DNA of 40,386 nucleotides, from assembly GCA_003170655.1 (NCBI GenBank), contig PMYY01000166.1:4013-44398 (forward strand). Reading direction: 5' to 3'. This stretch comes from Nitrospiraceae bacterium (GTDB taxonomy: Bacteria; Nitrospirota; Thermodesulfovibrionia; Thermodesulfovibrionales; Dissulfurispiraceae). Made by a program: the position numbers and the translations under genes. Of the stretch, positions 1-8,754 are shown piece by piece (position 1 is the first letter of the stretch; every line of letters begins with the position of its first letter). A model generated the notes under the pieces. The model was not told the origin of the DNA, did not search any database, and was given only the letters and a program-made list of their open reading frames with translations.

Positions 1-607
1 TCCTCCATCGAATCCTTCTTTTGGGCAGTATAATATAAAGGGTCGAGATGGTTACGAAGGCAAGTATGAACGGCACTATGTATTTAATGATAAATGAAGT
101 GATGACATGGATTTGAAGACCCGGAATGTCGTTCTTAAAGGTATTAAGAACTGATATTGTAGACGACGCGCCGAAGGAAAGCAGAAAGAAGATGATGAGC
201 AAGGTAATAAGGAAAAGCGATATTAGCAGATGACTGATAAACGAGCGCTTGTCTTTGACCTTGAAGACCACGTTGATCGCAGATTCGAGCGATGAGTAGA
301 GCTGGTATGACATAAGGCCGTATGCAATAAAGGTGAAGGTTCCAATGCCCCTGTATGATAACGCGTCCCTCAGCTCCCTGGCGATTTGCTGGGCTGCTTT
401 CGGGAAGAAGTTGAGAAGTTTAGCAGTGAAAAAATTGAAAAAAGCCTCGTCGTGCCCGAGGAAATAGGTGAAGATGGCAATGAGGAAGAGGCAGAAGGGG
501 AGCACAGCCATCATAGAAAAATATGAGATTGAAGCTGCGAGCATCATGCCCCCGTCTCTGAAGAAATCGATGATGCTGCGACAAAAAAGTTTAATAAAGA
601 CTTTCAT
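1..607 (-). CDS. YihY/BrkB-family integral membrane protein, N-terminal ~200 codons (C-terminus lies beyond the left edge)
   Basis: Not in the ORF track because no stop lies inside the window. The minus-strand ATG at 607-605 opens MKVFIKLFCRSIIDFFRDGGMMLAASISYFSMMAVLPFCLFLIAIFTYFLGHDEAFF..., a typical YihY N-terminus. Further hydrophobic helices follow down to position 2. Plus-strand ORF 468..737 is its antisense shadow. Confidence 0.7.
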   Translation of the reverse strand, partial: MKVFIKLFCRSIIDFFRDGGMMLAASISYFSMMAVLPFCLFLIAIFTYFLGHDEAFFNFFTAKLLNFFPKAAQQIARELRDALSYRGIGTFTFIAYGLMSYQLYSSLESAINVVFKVKDKRSFISHLLISLFLITLLIIFFLLSFGASSTISVLNTFKNDIPGLQIHVITSFIIKYIVPFILAFVTISTLYIILPKRRIRWR

Positions 608-631
608 TGGTGTCCGGAATTCCATCAATGG

Positions 632-1432
632 TTACTTGATGGAATTAAGTAATCTGGCGGCATTTTCCCTTAGCACTGCGCTCTCAATCCCCTCACCGAG
701 TTCGAGTCCCAGAAATAAATCAAGTGTCGCCGCCTGATCGGTCCATGGAGAATCAGTCCCGAAGAGAAGATATTCCTTCGGGTGTTTTAGGAGAATGTTC
801 CTGATGGGATCGCTGTGAAGGTATTCGAGTGAAAAAGAAAGCTCCATATAGACAGGCTTGCCGGCAAGGATCGTATCCACCTCCTGCCACTGTTCCCATG
901 AGCCTAGGTGGGTTGTCACGAGCTTGAGTTCGGGGAATTGTTCACTCACTTTCAGTATCTTTGCCGGGTCAGCCTTCCTGATCCGAGGGAAAGCGATATC
1001 GTACCCTGTGTGCATAGCTACGAGCAGATTTTCCTTGCAGAGCAGCTCATACATATGGAACATCCGCCCTTCGTCTATATCGAATTCCTGGTAAAAAGGG
1101 TGGAGCTTGATTCCCTTGAATCCTTCTCCTTTGGTAATTTTGACTTTCTCAGCGCAATCCGAATCTGCCGGATGAATTGAAAGCAGGGGAATGATGCGCT
1201 TTGAGCGGATTTCACTCGACCATTGCAAAATCGGTTCGAACTGGCTCGGCTTGGTAGCGATGGAGCAGACCACGCTCTTGTCTACGTCGGACCGGTCCAT
1301 TGAGGCGATGAGAGAAGAGAGACGGCCGTCAAGAACGGCCTTTGTGTTTGCTCCGTGTTCGAGGCTCTTCATCGCCCTATCGGCCAGGGTATCAGGAAAG
1401 GCATGGGTATGGAAGTCGATTATCCCGGTCAT
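632..1432 (-). CDS. amidohydrolase-family metal-dependent hydrolase (TIM barrel, amidohydrolase-2 type)
   Basis: 266 aa. N-terminal IDFHTHAFPD His-x-His metal motif, with later HTGYD and THLG motifs spaced as in this family. No SD. A TATAAT (1444-1449, minus strand) lies 11 nt upstream of the ATG. Confidence 0.75.
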   Translation of the reverse strand: MTGIIDFHTHAFPDTLADRAMKSLEHGANTKAVLDGRLSSLIASMDRSDVDKSVVCSIATKPSQFEPILQWSSEIRSKRIIPLLSIHPADSDCAEKVKITKGEGFKGIKLHPFYQEFDIDEGRMFHMYELLCKENLLVAMHTGYDIAFPRIRKADPAKILKVSEQFPELKLVTTHLGSWEQWQEVDTILAGKPVYMELSFSLEYLHSDPIRNILLKHPKEYLLFGTDSPWTDQAATLDLFLGLELGEGIESAVLRENAARLLNSIK

Positions 1433-1804
1433 GTGCGAAAAATATTATAACCTATCTGGACCACTTATATATTTTTTTGAGTAGAAAGCATAATCAGCCA
1501 GTGGGGTCAACTCCACTTCATTATTGTCTTCGAATTTCTTGATGCATTTCATTCTGACATCCATGGCAATTTGGGATTAGGCATCCAAAATTGCACGAAG
1601 GTTACTATTTTCGAAACGGGGCCGCGTCTTTTCTTTTGCATATAGGATTGCCATGCCCCCGTGCCGACGAGATATTTATCGGAATATAAATTGTTTCCGC
1701 CAAACTCCCAGTTTATGAAATCATAGCATACCGGACAGTCAATTTGCAGGGCCGAATCGACTCATGTCAACTTATGGGCAGGCATTGCAGGATCAGTCGG
1801 ACTG

Positions 1805-2323
1805 TCAATGGCCGGCCGCGTCGCCCCATAGCTCCTTGAGCCACTGATCGCGGCCGCACGTTGTACGATGAAATTTGTAGCAGATCGGGTTTTTCATGTA
1901 ATAGCGCTGGTGGTAATCCTCCGCTGGGTAAAACTCTGCTGCATGCACGATCTCCGTAATAATCGGTTCTTTGAAGGCCCTGGTTTTCTTCAGCTGCTCT
2001 TTTGATTTCAGCGCAAGCCTCCGCTGTTCCTCATCGTGGTAGAAGATTGCACTGCGATATTGATACCCGGCATCGCAGAGTTGTGCCAAAGCACTTCCAG
2101 TAGTCTCTCATGGCTGATCTTAGTTGGGTCATAGACGATCTGAACAGACTCAGCGTGACAAGTCTCTCCAGCGGAGACTTCTTTGTATGTAATATCTTTT
2201 TTCTGTCCGCCGGTGTATCCGGCTGTAACCGACACAACGCCGGGAAGCTGATCGAACGGATGTCCCATGCACCAAAAACACCGGCCGGCGAAAGTCGCCT
2301 TCTCAAAAAGTTGCCGCAGCCAT
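1805..2323 (-). pseudogene. msrA: peptide-methionine (S)-S-oxide reductase MsrA, disrupted in at least two places
   Basis: ORFs 2008..2268 and 1805..2089 (different frames) together read as MsrA: EKATFAGRCFWCMGHPFDQLPGVVSVTAGYTGG...GETCHAESVQIVYDP...LLEVLWHN // [16 protein letters not shown]...[16 protein letters not shown]. The only ATG with an SD (GGAG, ATG at 2323) is in a third frame and reads MAAATF then TGA, inside an A5/T5 run (2305-2309). The stretch between LW and QYRS is ~8 residues shorter than in intact MsrAs and switches frame at ~2078-2086. Confidence 0.75.
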
Positions 2324-2445
2324 GATCTCCGGCATCATAAGCATGACGCATTGTATATAGATTATCAGAAGGAGAGGGTAGTCCCAAATTTAAGCGCATC
2401 GGCGCTTTCGTCCGGACCACTGAAATATCAGGCATCTGCGGTCAT

Positions 2446-2646
2446 CTATTCAAGGTCCATTGAATAGTAGCCTTTGTTATCCTCCCATACGACCAGTTTG
2501 CTGTCACGCATTCTGACAGAGATGAGCTTGATTTTCCCCCCCTCTTCATTACTAAGAATGTAGGAACCCAAAATTTTCTGGTTGTAACCCTTGGTTTTGG
2601 CGTAATTTTCAAATTGTTTCCAGACATCGCTCAATGCAATAATCAT
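2446..2646 (-). CDS. hypothetical small soluble protein (66 aa)
   Basis: Clean 66-aa ORF (MIIALSDVWKQFENYAKTKGYNQK...) with a purine-rich AGGGGGA 13 nt upstream. No family recognised. The overlapping ORF 2442..2627 is in another frame and looks non-coding. Confidence 0.4.
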   Translation of the reverse strand: MIIALSDVWKQFENYAKTKGYNQKILGSYILSNEEGGKIKLISVRMRDSKLVVWEDNKGYYSMDLE

Positions 2647-2958
2647 TTTTTCTAAAATCCCCCTTTCATTAATGGTCTTAACAAAAAGTCTGAAACGGAG
2701 ACTATCATTGGCCCCGGCTATCTATTTCCCGGAGATCCGGAATCTTCAGCTGGTCAAATTCGTATGCCGAGTGATGGCCGAATGTGGAGCAACCGTGACG
2801 CGCAAAAACGTCGTGGTATAATAAATTATACTTATTAAGATTCAATTAACTATTGATTAAATTATCTTCATATATATGTTCTTGAAACAGATTTGCAAAG
2901 ATATGTTGGAACGACGTTTTCAACGCAGTAAGTTGAGGGGAGTAAAGGAAGCTTTTTA

Positions 2959-4149
2959 TTATACGTCGAAGTCCGCGTATAGTTCGCCGAACTTTATGCC
3001 TGCGATGACCTTTTGTTTATATCTGTCCTTAAGCCTGTTTTTGGCGTCCTGAAGGTCCTGAGACGCAAGGCCGTTGTTGAGGGCCAAAAAAGCTTCGATA
3101 AATGCAGCCAGTTCATCGGTGGCCTTGAGAAGCTCTCCGTCCCTAGGATTGAATTCGTCGCGGTTATATTTTTGGGTGATCTCATCGGAGGAAGTCCTCA
3201 CCTGTCTGCCCTCGACTGTAACGATATTGCTGAACTCGTCCTCCGTGAACATCCGCATCTCGCCGTGCCATGCTTCGGGAATGAGACCGTAAACCTCATT
3301 TGCCATTTGCTCTCTCTCATATTCTTTGACCAGTTCTTCGAGTCCAGCGATAGATCGCTTTACCGGAGATATAATGTCGCGAGTAAGGACCTCAGGAAAG
3401 TCGTGGAAAAGACCGGAGAAGTAGTTGTTGACTCGCCTCTTGCGGCAGGCATCTATTTCGCACGAAAAGAGATATGAAAATATGGCCACAATGAGCATAT
3501 GGCCGAGCACCGAAGTCTTGGGCACGCGGTTGATATGGCTCCACCGGAGCTGAAACCTCAGCTCACCGCAGAGATCGATGAAGTCGCGGAATTTCGGATA
3601 GAGAGCTATCTGCTGCATACCTTTGAGATCGTAATACTTCTCCTGTTTTTTCTGAAGATCTTTTTTGATCTTCGGTATTTCGTAGCCGTTAGGATTTGCT
3701 CTTTCGATGATGTCGAACTCCCACTTGGTCGCATAAAAATGCGCTGCGCTGAGGATGCGTCTGTTGAGTGTCTCGCGCGTTCCGGCGAAATATTCAGTGA
3801 ACCTCTTGCAGAAGTCGTCACCGAGTGGAGATATCAGCGGTTCGAGCTGCTCATAGACCCATTTGTTTAGTTGTGAATACCGGGTAGGGTCTTCCTTTAT
3901 CCTATAAAATATCTGGGGCTTGAGATCGGTTACTACAAGGCGCTGCAGGAATTCGAAGAGGCCGCCTTCAATGACCTCGATCCAGTCGAAGCCCTCTTCA
4001 TTCTCCTCGAATTTACCGATGAGATAGGCGATTACCATCTTGTGGGCTTGCTTGTCGAGTTCGCGCAGTTCTACGGGACGTATTTTGTCATTCCAGCGCT
4101 GCATGTTGGCTGCATCGAATATCTTCAGCAGGAGTGGTCTTCTCAACAT
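2959..4149 (-). CDS. HD-domain phosphohydrolase, internally duplicated YfbR-like (5'-nucleotidase-type) fold
   Basis: 396 aa. The C-terminal half has SVLGHMLIVAIF...GLFHDFPEVLTRDIISPVK, matching the YfbR-type H...HD..E.LTGD...P.K pattern. The N-terminal half has a parallel but degenerate copy: RWNDKIRPVELRELDKQAHKMVIAYL...LFEFLQRLVVTDLKPQI. Confidence 0.7.
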   Translation of the reverse strand: MLRRPLLLKIFDAANMQRWNDKIRPVELRELDKQAHKMVIAYLIGKFEENEEGFDWIEVIEGGLFEFLQRLVVTDLKPQIFYRIKEDPTRYSQLNKWVYEQLEPLISPLGDDFCKRFTEYFAGTRETLNRRILSAAHFYATKWEFDIIERANPNGYEIPKIKKDLQKKQEKYYDLKGMQQIALYPKFRDFIDLCGELRFQLRWSHINRVPKTSVLGHMLIVAIFSYLFSCEIDACRKRRVNNYFSGLFHDFPEVLTRDIISPVKRSIAGLEELVKEYEREQMANEVYGLIPEAWHGEMRMFTEDEFSNIVTVEGRQVRTSSDEITQKYNRDEFNPRDGELLKATDELAAFIEAFLALNNGLASQDLQDAKNRLKDRYKQKVIAGIKFGELYADFDV

Positions 4150-4159
4150 AGGCCTTTTG

Positions 4160-5365
4160 TTATTTCTTCCCCCATTTATTTATGAAATCAGTATAACTCA
4201 TCTGGAATGAATCAGAGAATGCCCCGTTGATGTCTTTCCCGTCGGCGAGAAAAAACAGCATGTTCTTCATCCTGTCGGCACGGTATCTGTCCATGAGATA
4301 GGATATCGCGGAATGGCTCTCGACATAAGCCAGAGATATCCCCTTGCCGCTGAGCCCTGAAAATGATTTCTCCAGATAGTTCAGAGGAATGACCTGTCCT
4401 ACTCTTTGAGAAGGGCCTTTGGAAAAATATTCGGCGAGGCCTTCATGTATCCAGAGAGGACAGCTCTTCGTGATCGAATGAATCAGCGAATGTACATATT
4501 CATGAAAAAGGACAGTCCTGAGGAGTCCTTCTTGTCCTTCCGCGCCGCGGACCGGCACCCTGATCTTGCCGTCTTTGGTGTCGAAGTATCCGCCCATCCA
4601 TCCAGGCGACTGGGTGGTATCATAAAAGTCATGGTTGGTGTAAAGGATCACCGTCACCGGTTCGGAGGGGTAATAATTAAGATCGCTGCCGATAGAGGAA
4701 TAGGCATCTTCAAGTATTCCGATCACCTTTCTGCTTGCGCTTCCGAGTTCATAGCCGTCGAACTGGACCCTGAAGTGGGTCGTGCTTTCGGAAACAAAGT
4801 TCCGGTGCGCCTTCTTTTCCCGCATCAGACGGGCGTAAAAGGCATCCAGTTCGGCATCTTTCTTTATTACGATACCCTTTTCGGCATTGAGCAGGCTCTT
4901 ATCGAAATTGTCTCTGTAGTAATATGCAAAGGCCAGGCATTTACGGCAGGTGAAGTCGTCGGCCCCGTTTTCAAGCGCAGGTTCCAAAAAAGCGATAGAA
5001 TCCTCATAATTCGACAGTTTGAAATAGGAGAGGCCGACGCACAGCAATGCTTTTTTGTCTTTTTCAGCCAGCTGCTTGCATAATTCCGACGATTTTCTGA
5101 AATCACCTTTTTCAAAGCGTTCCTTGGCGCTTTGCACAAGCGATGAATTGTCGTCGATCACCCGGATTATCTCATTGACAGGAGGCGTTGATACAGGTAC
5201 TGGTGGCGGAGGAATCGCCAGGGGTGCATCTGATGCAATATGAACGGGCGGAGGGCTGCTCGCAATTGCGGCTTGTTTTTTGCCATTGTAAAGGAAGAAA
5301 TAGAGGTTGACGCCGATCATTGCGGCGAGAACGCTGTATAACATGACTCTAAAAAAAGTGGCCAT
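4160..5365 (-). CDS. membrane-anchored TPR protein with C-terminal peptidase-MA-like (HExxH) domain
   Basis: 401 aa. N-terminal TM helix, a Pro-rich linker (PPPVHIASDAPLAIPPPPVPVSTPP), TPR-like repeats, then LFHEYVHSLIH (HExxH) and WIHEGLAEYF, as in Peptidase_MA_2-type domains. It ends 10 nt before the HD gene, so the two are likely co-transcribed. Confidence 0.7.
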   Translation of the reverse strand: MATFFRVMLYSVLAAMIGVNLYFFLYNGKKQAAIASSPPPVHIASDAPLAIPPPPVPVSTPPVNEIIRVIDDNSSLVQSAKERFEKGDFRKSSELCKQLAEKDKKALLCVGLSYFKLSNYEDSIAFLEPALENGADDFTCRKCLAFAYYYRDNFDKSLLNAEKGIVIKKDAELDAFYARLMREKKAHRNFVSESTTHFRVQFDGYELGSASRKVIGILEDAYSSIGSDLNYYPSEPVTVILYTNHDFYDTTQSPGWMGGYFDTKDGKIRVPVRGAEGQEGLLRTVLFHEYVHSLIHSITKSCPLWIHEGLAEYFSKGPSQRVGQVIPLNYLEKSFSGLSGKGISLAYVESHSAISYLMDRYRADRMKNMLFFLADGKDINGAFSDSFQMSYTDFINKWGKK

Positions 5366-5396
5366 AGATGATTAACATAGCTTACAATATCTGTTC

Positions 5397-6551
5397 ATGA
5401 AAAAAATATACTTGGATTGCGCGTCGACAACACCCGCAGACCCTGAAGTGGTCGCGGCGATGCTGCCTTATTTCAGCGAGATATTCGGCAACCCGTCTAG
5501 CGTACATTCATTCGGCAGGGAGGCCAAAAAGGCTGTTGATCATGCTCGTGAGACTGTTGCTCGATTCATAGGGGTGAAGCCACATGAGATCATCTTCACC
5601 GGGGGCGGCACAGAGAGCAACAACGCTGCTATAAAAGGGTGCGCCTATGCCGGCAGGAGCAGGGGAGATCATATCATCACATCTTATGTTGAGCACCACT
5701 CGGTTCTGGAAACATGTGAATTCCTGCAAAGAAACGGTTTTACCGTCACATATCTTCCGGTCGATTCGGCAGGCATGGTCGACCCTGATGCCGTGCTCGA
5801 TGCGATCACGCCCAAGACGATTCTCATATCTATAATGCATGCAAACAATGAGATCGGCACAATACAGCCGATTGCCGAGATCGGCCATATCGCAAGGGAG
5901 AAAGGCATTCCCTTTCATACCGATGCGGTGCAGACGCTCGGACATCTGACTATCGATGCCGACGCCTTGAACGCAGACCTCCTGAGCGCTTCGGCACACA
6001 AACTCTACGGTCCAAAAGGAGTCGGATTTCTCTATGCTCGGAGCGGCACGAAGATGGGACCTTTCATGCATGGTGGTTCTCAGGAAAAGGGAAGAAGGGC
6101 CTCGACTCACAACGTCCCCGGCATCGTCGGCCTTGCAAAGGCAGTCGAGCTGGCTGAAAAGTATATGACTGAGGAGATGAACCCCATTATCAGACTCAGG
6201 GACAAACTGATCAAAGGGATATCCGACGCTGTAAAGGGTTGTAGATTTAACGGCCATCCGGCGAAAAGGCTCCCCGGCAATGTGAACTTCTCATTCAAAA
6301 ATACAGAGGGCGAACTGCTCCTTCAACATATGGATGAGGAAGGGATCGCGTGTTCGACAGGATCGGCCTGCAGCGCCGAGAGCAAAGGCCCGTCCCACGT
6401 ACTTACCGCTATTGGATTGTCGTCCGACCTTATTGCGGGATCGCTGAGGCTTACCCTAGGTAAATACGTTACGGACGAAGATATCGACTACACCCTCGAA
6501 GTCCTTCCGAAAGTCGTCAAGAAGGTCCGCTCTATGACTGAGTTTCTTTAA
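5397..6551 (+). CDS. cysteine desulfurase, NifS/IscS family (class V aminotransferase)
   Basis: 384 aa. PLP-lysine motif SAHKLYGPKGVGFLY, HTDAVQ, and active-site loop ACSTGSACSAES. Confidence 0.9.
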   Translation: MKKIYLDCASTTPADPEVVAAMLPYFSEIFGNPSSVHSFGREAKKAVDHARETVARFIGVKPHEIIFTGGGTESNNAAIKGCAYAGRSRGDHIITSYVEHHSVLETCEFLQRNGFTVTYLPVDSAGMVDPDAVLDAITPKTILISIMHANNEIGTIQPIAEIGHIAREKGIPFHTDAVQTLGHLTIDADALNADLLSASAHKLYGPKGVGFLYARSGTKMGPFMHGGSQEKGRRASTHNVPGIVGLAKAVELAEKYMTEEMNPIIRLRDKLIKGISDAVKGCRFNGHPAKRLPGNVNFSFKNTEGELLLQHMDEEGIACSTGSACSAESKGPSHVLTAIGLSSDLIAGSLRLTLGKYVTDEDIDYTLEVLPKVVKKVRSMTEFL

Positions 6552-6554
6552 TTC

Positions 6555-7868
6555 TCACACCATCACATTCAGTACAGGCAGCCCCAGCCGCTGCCTGTTG
6601 TTTTCACCCTTGAAGAGTTCCTGTTTTCGCTGCGGGACATCTCCCCGCTCTCCCTCGTGCTGAGATTGAATTTTTGTCGGCAGGCTCACCGCATGGCGGA
6701 CCGTATATTTGCCGAACTTTTCAGAGAGAATATCTACGGCATCGTAAACTTTCGACATCTTCTCGATCTGCGCCGTGTCGTCGAAGAGGGTGTATTGTAC
6801 CGAGGCTTCTGCAATGAGTCCCGCAAGCACGACACCGGTTTGGCGGTAAAGCGTGTTGGAGCGAAAGATGTGGTCGAAGCCTTCGCGCAGTAAGTTGAAG
6901 AGGGCCGAAGGATGGGCGGTTGGACAGGTCAGCTTCAGCTCGGCCCCGCTATCCGTGAAGTCCTGTTTTCTCAGGAAGACGATTAACCTGGTGGCAGCGA
7001 GATTGTAGCGCCTGGCCTTTATGCAGGCGTTTTCAAGGTTCTTCGAGAGCTGCGCAAGGACAAAGGGCTCATCTTTCGATGGAGGTGTGAAGGTCCTCGT
7101 TTTGCTTATGGACTGATAGCTGCTCTTCGATTCAGTCATGACGGGGTAGACGCTTCTACCGTTCAGCTCGTGCCAGACTTCATGATAGGGTTTTGAAAGG
7201 TGCTTAGCGACGAATGTTTCGTCCTTCCGCGCAAAGTCGAACGCGGTGTTGATACCGAATTTTCTCAGGAATGCCGCCGTATTAGGGCCGATGCCCCAGA
7301 CGCTTTCGATAGGCAATTTCCCCAGATAGTGATGGATCTCCCTGCCCGGCATCATCGTAATTCCGCTCGGCTTTTTGTGTTTTGATCCAGCCTTGGCGAG
7401 GACTTTGGAAAGACTCACTCCGATCGATACGGTAATGCCCAACTCTTTCTCCACTGTTTCCTGCATCTTCCGGGCGATCATACTGTAAGGGCCATGGAAG
7501 TTTCTTCTCAAACCTGTAAGATCGGCAAAGGCCTCGTCAATAGAATACTCCTCGACATCCGGCGTGAAGCGCCTGATGATCGCAAACATCCGCAGGGAAA
7601 AGAGGCTATACGTCTCATAATCCGACGGGAGAATAACAGCATCCGGACATATCTTCTTCACGTCCGAAAGCCTTACCCCGCGCGTAACTCCACGTGCCTT
7701 TGCCTCATAACTCGCGGCGGCAACTATCCCGCGCTCCTTGCCGGTTATCACCGGCTTCCCCTTTAACTCAGGATGTATCGCCTGCTCGCATGACGCAAAA
7801 AAGGCGTCGGCATCCAGATGCAGGATCGCGCGGGGCCAGGAATGGAGGGTAATAAATTCGGAGCTCAT
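6555..7868 (-). CDS. Y-family (translesion) DNA polymerase, UmuC/DinB-like
   Basis: 437 aa. ILHLDADAFFASCEQ and SIDEAFADLTG catalytic-acidic motifs, and a helix-hairpin-helix region (VWGIGPNTAAFLRKFGINT). It lies 96 nt downstream of lexA on the same strand. Confidence 0.9.
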   Translation of the reverse strand: MSSEFITLHSWPRAILHLDADAFFASCEQAIHPELKGKPVITGKERGIVAAASYEAKARGVTRGVRLSDVKKICPDAVILPSDYETYSLFSLRMFAIIRRFTPDVEEYSIDEAFADLTGLRRNFHGPYSMIARKMQETVEKELGITVSIGVSLSKVLAKAGSKHKKPSGITMMPGREIHHYLGKLPIESVWGIGPNTAAFLRKFGINTAFDFARKDETFVAKHLSKPYHEVWHELNGRSVYPVMTESKSSYQSISKTRTFTPPSKDEPFVLAQLSKNLENACIKARRYNLAATRLIVFLRKQDFTDSGAELKLTCPTAHPSALFNLLREGFDHIFRSNTLYRQTGVVLAGLIAEASVQYTLFDDTAQIEKMSKVYDAVDILSEKFGKYTVRHAVSLPTKIQSQHEGERGDVPQRKQELFKGENNRQRLGLPVLNVMV

Positions 7869-7964
7869 AGATTATTTGCGATTGTATTTGTTGGGGCCAC
7901 CATATGTGGTTGACCTTTTTTTAACGGGCGTGCATCATTTTCAAGGTGGCACGCAGGGCCGCCA

Positions 7965-8558
7965 CTACTTGTATTTCCTTACCACCGCCGTCACCACGCC
8001 CGCTATCTTCAATTCATTCTTCGGTTTAATAGGCTTATATTTGGGATTCGCCGGTATGAGGGTGACGCTTTCTCCTCTTTTGCGCAGATACTTCATAGTC
8101 CACTGGCCATCTACCTCTGCGATTACGATATCTCCGCTCTTGGGCGTCTGGCCCTTGTCTACGATCACCATATCGCCGGGGAGTATCCCCGCCTCCGACA
8201 TCGAATCTCCCGAGACCTTGAGCAGAAATGTTGCATCCGGGTTCTCAATAAGGAAGTCGTCCAGTGAAAGGGTGTCGGCAAGCTCTTCTTCTGCAGGGCT
8301 CGGAAATCCCGCCTCCACAGAGCCGAGTATCCTGACCGGCGATGCGATAGATCGCGGTATGAGCCTGCCCTTCGCATCCTTTCCGACAACCTTCAGGCTG
8401 TCCAGCTTGTCTACAAGCTTCGATACGGCGTTCTTCGACTGCAGTCCCGTCAGCTCCCCGATCTCCGAAAAGCTTGGCATCCTGCCCTTTGTGTGGTAAA
8501 AAAACGATATGTCCCTGATCCGGGACCTTAGCTTTTCATCTTTCTGCTCGTCTGCCAT
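7965..8558 (-). CDS. lexA: LexA repressor (winged-helix DNA-binding domain + S24 self-cleaving peptidase)
   Basis: N-terminal GRMPSFSEIGELTGLQSKNAVSKLVDKLDSLKVV, an Ala-Gly cleavage region (SVEAGFPSP), the catalytic Ser in SGDSM, and a downstream Lys. I place the start at the internal ATG 8558 (M27 of ORF 7965..8636) because a consensus promoter and a LexA box occupy 8565-8593. Confidence 0.85.
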   Translation of the reverse strand: MADEQKDEKLRSRIRDISFFYHTKGRMPSFSEIGELTGLQSKNAVSKLVDKLDSLKVVGKDAKGRLIPRSIASPVRILGSVEAGFPSPAEEELADTLSLDDFLIENPDATFLLKVSGDSMSEAGILPGDMVIVDKGQTPKSGDIVIAEVDGQWTMKYLRKRGESVTLIPANPKYKPIKPKNELKIAGVVTAVVRKYK

Positions 8559-8564
8559 ACTTAC

Positions 8565-8593
8565 ATTATAGGTGAACGACAGTTCACTGTCAA
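8565..8593 (-). promoter_or_regulatory. lexA promoter: perfect TTGACA-17 nt-TATAAT, ATG 6 nt after the -10 (leaderless)
   Basis: The minus strand reads cTTGACAgtgaactgtcgttcaccTATAATgtaagtATG. The -35 is at 8593-8588 and the -10 at 8570-8565. The A of the ATG (8558) sits at the expected transcription start, and there is no SD. Confidence 0.75.
8572..8587. promoter_or_regulatory. LexA (SOS) box of the GAAC-N4-GTTC (Cheo) type inside the lexA promoter spacer
   Basis: GTGAACGACAGTTCAC, a perfect 6+6 inverted repeat containing GAAC-N4-GTTC. It lies entirely within the 17-nt spacer. Confidence 0.7.
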
Positions 8594-8649
8594 GAGCAAA
8601 GCTCAGGGGGCTGAACCCTGTCAGGCGGGCTCGCACGAAATTCTTTTAT

Positions 8650-8679
8650 TTGACAAGGCCTTTTGATGGCTGGTAAGAT
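8650..8679 (+). promoter_or_regulatory. candidate sigma-70 promoter of the DEAD-box helicase gene
   Basis: TTGACA (8650-8655), 18-nt spacer, TAAGAT (8674-8679). It is divergent from the lexA promoter 56 bp away. Confidence 0.5.
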
Positions 8680-8725
8680 TAGAAATCACAAACTGCTGTA
8701 CCCGGATGAAAACTACATTGTAAGT

Positions 8726-8754
8726 AAACCCCGGAATACACCGGGGTTTTTTTT
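8726..8754 (+). terminator. intrinsic terminator inside the helicase leader (attenuator candidate)
   Basis: AAACCCCGG-aataca-CCGGGGTTT followed by a run totalling 8 T (8747-8754). It lies ~45 nt after the candidate promoter and 28 nt before the SD/ATG of the helicase. No plus-strand gene ends upstream of it. Confidence 0.6.

Noticed and set aside
1445-1564. 39-codon minus-strand ORF (MDVRMKCIKKFEDNNEVELTPLADYAFYSKKYISGPDRL) in the 372-bp gap between msrA and the amidohydrolase. Also a loose repeat CGGAC(A/T)GTCAAT at about 1732 and 1798.
   Set aside because: It has no SD and no recognisable family, and it is too short to assess by composition. The 12-mer repeat is within chance expectation. 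The gap remains unexplained.
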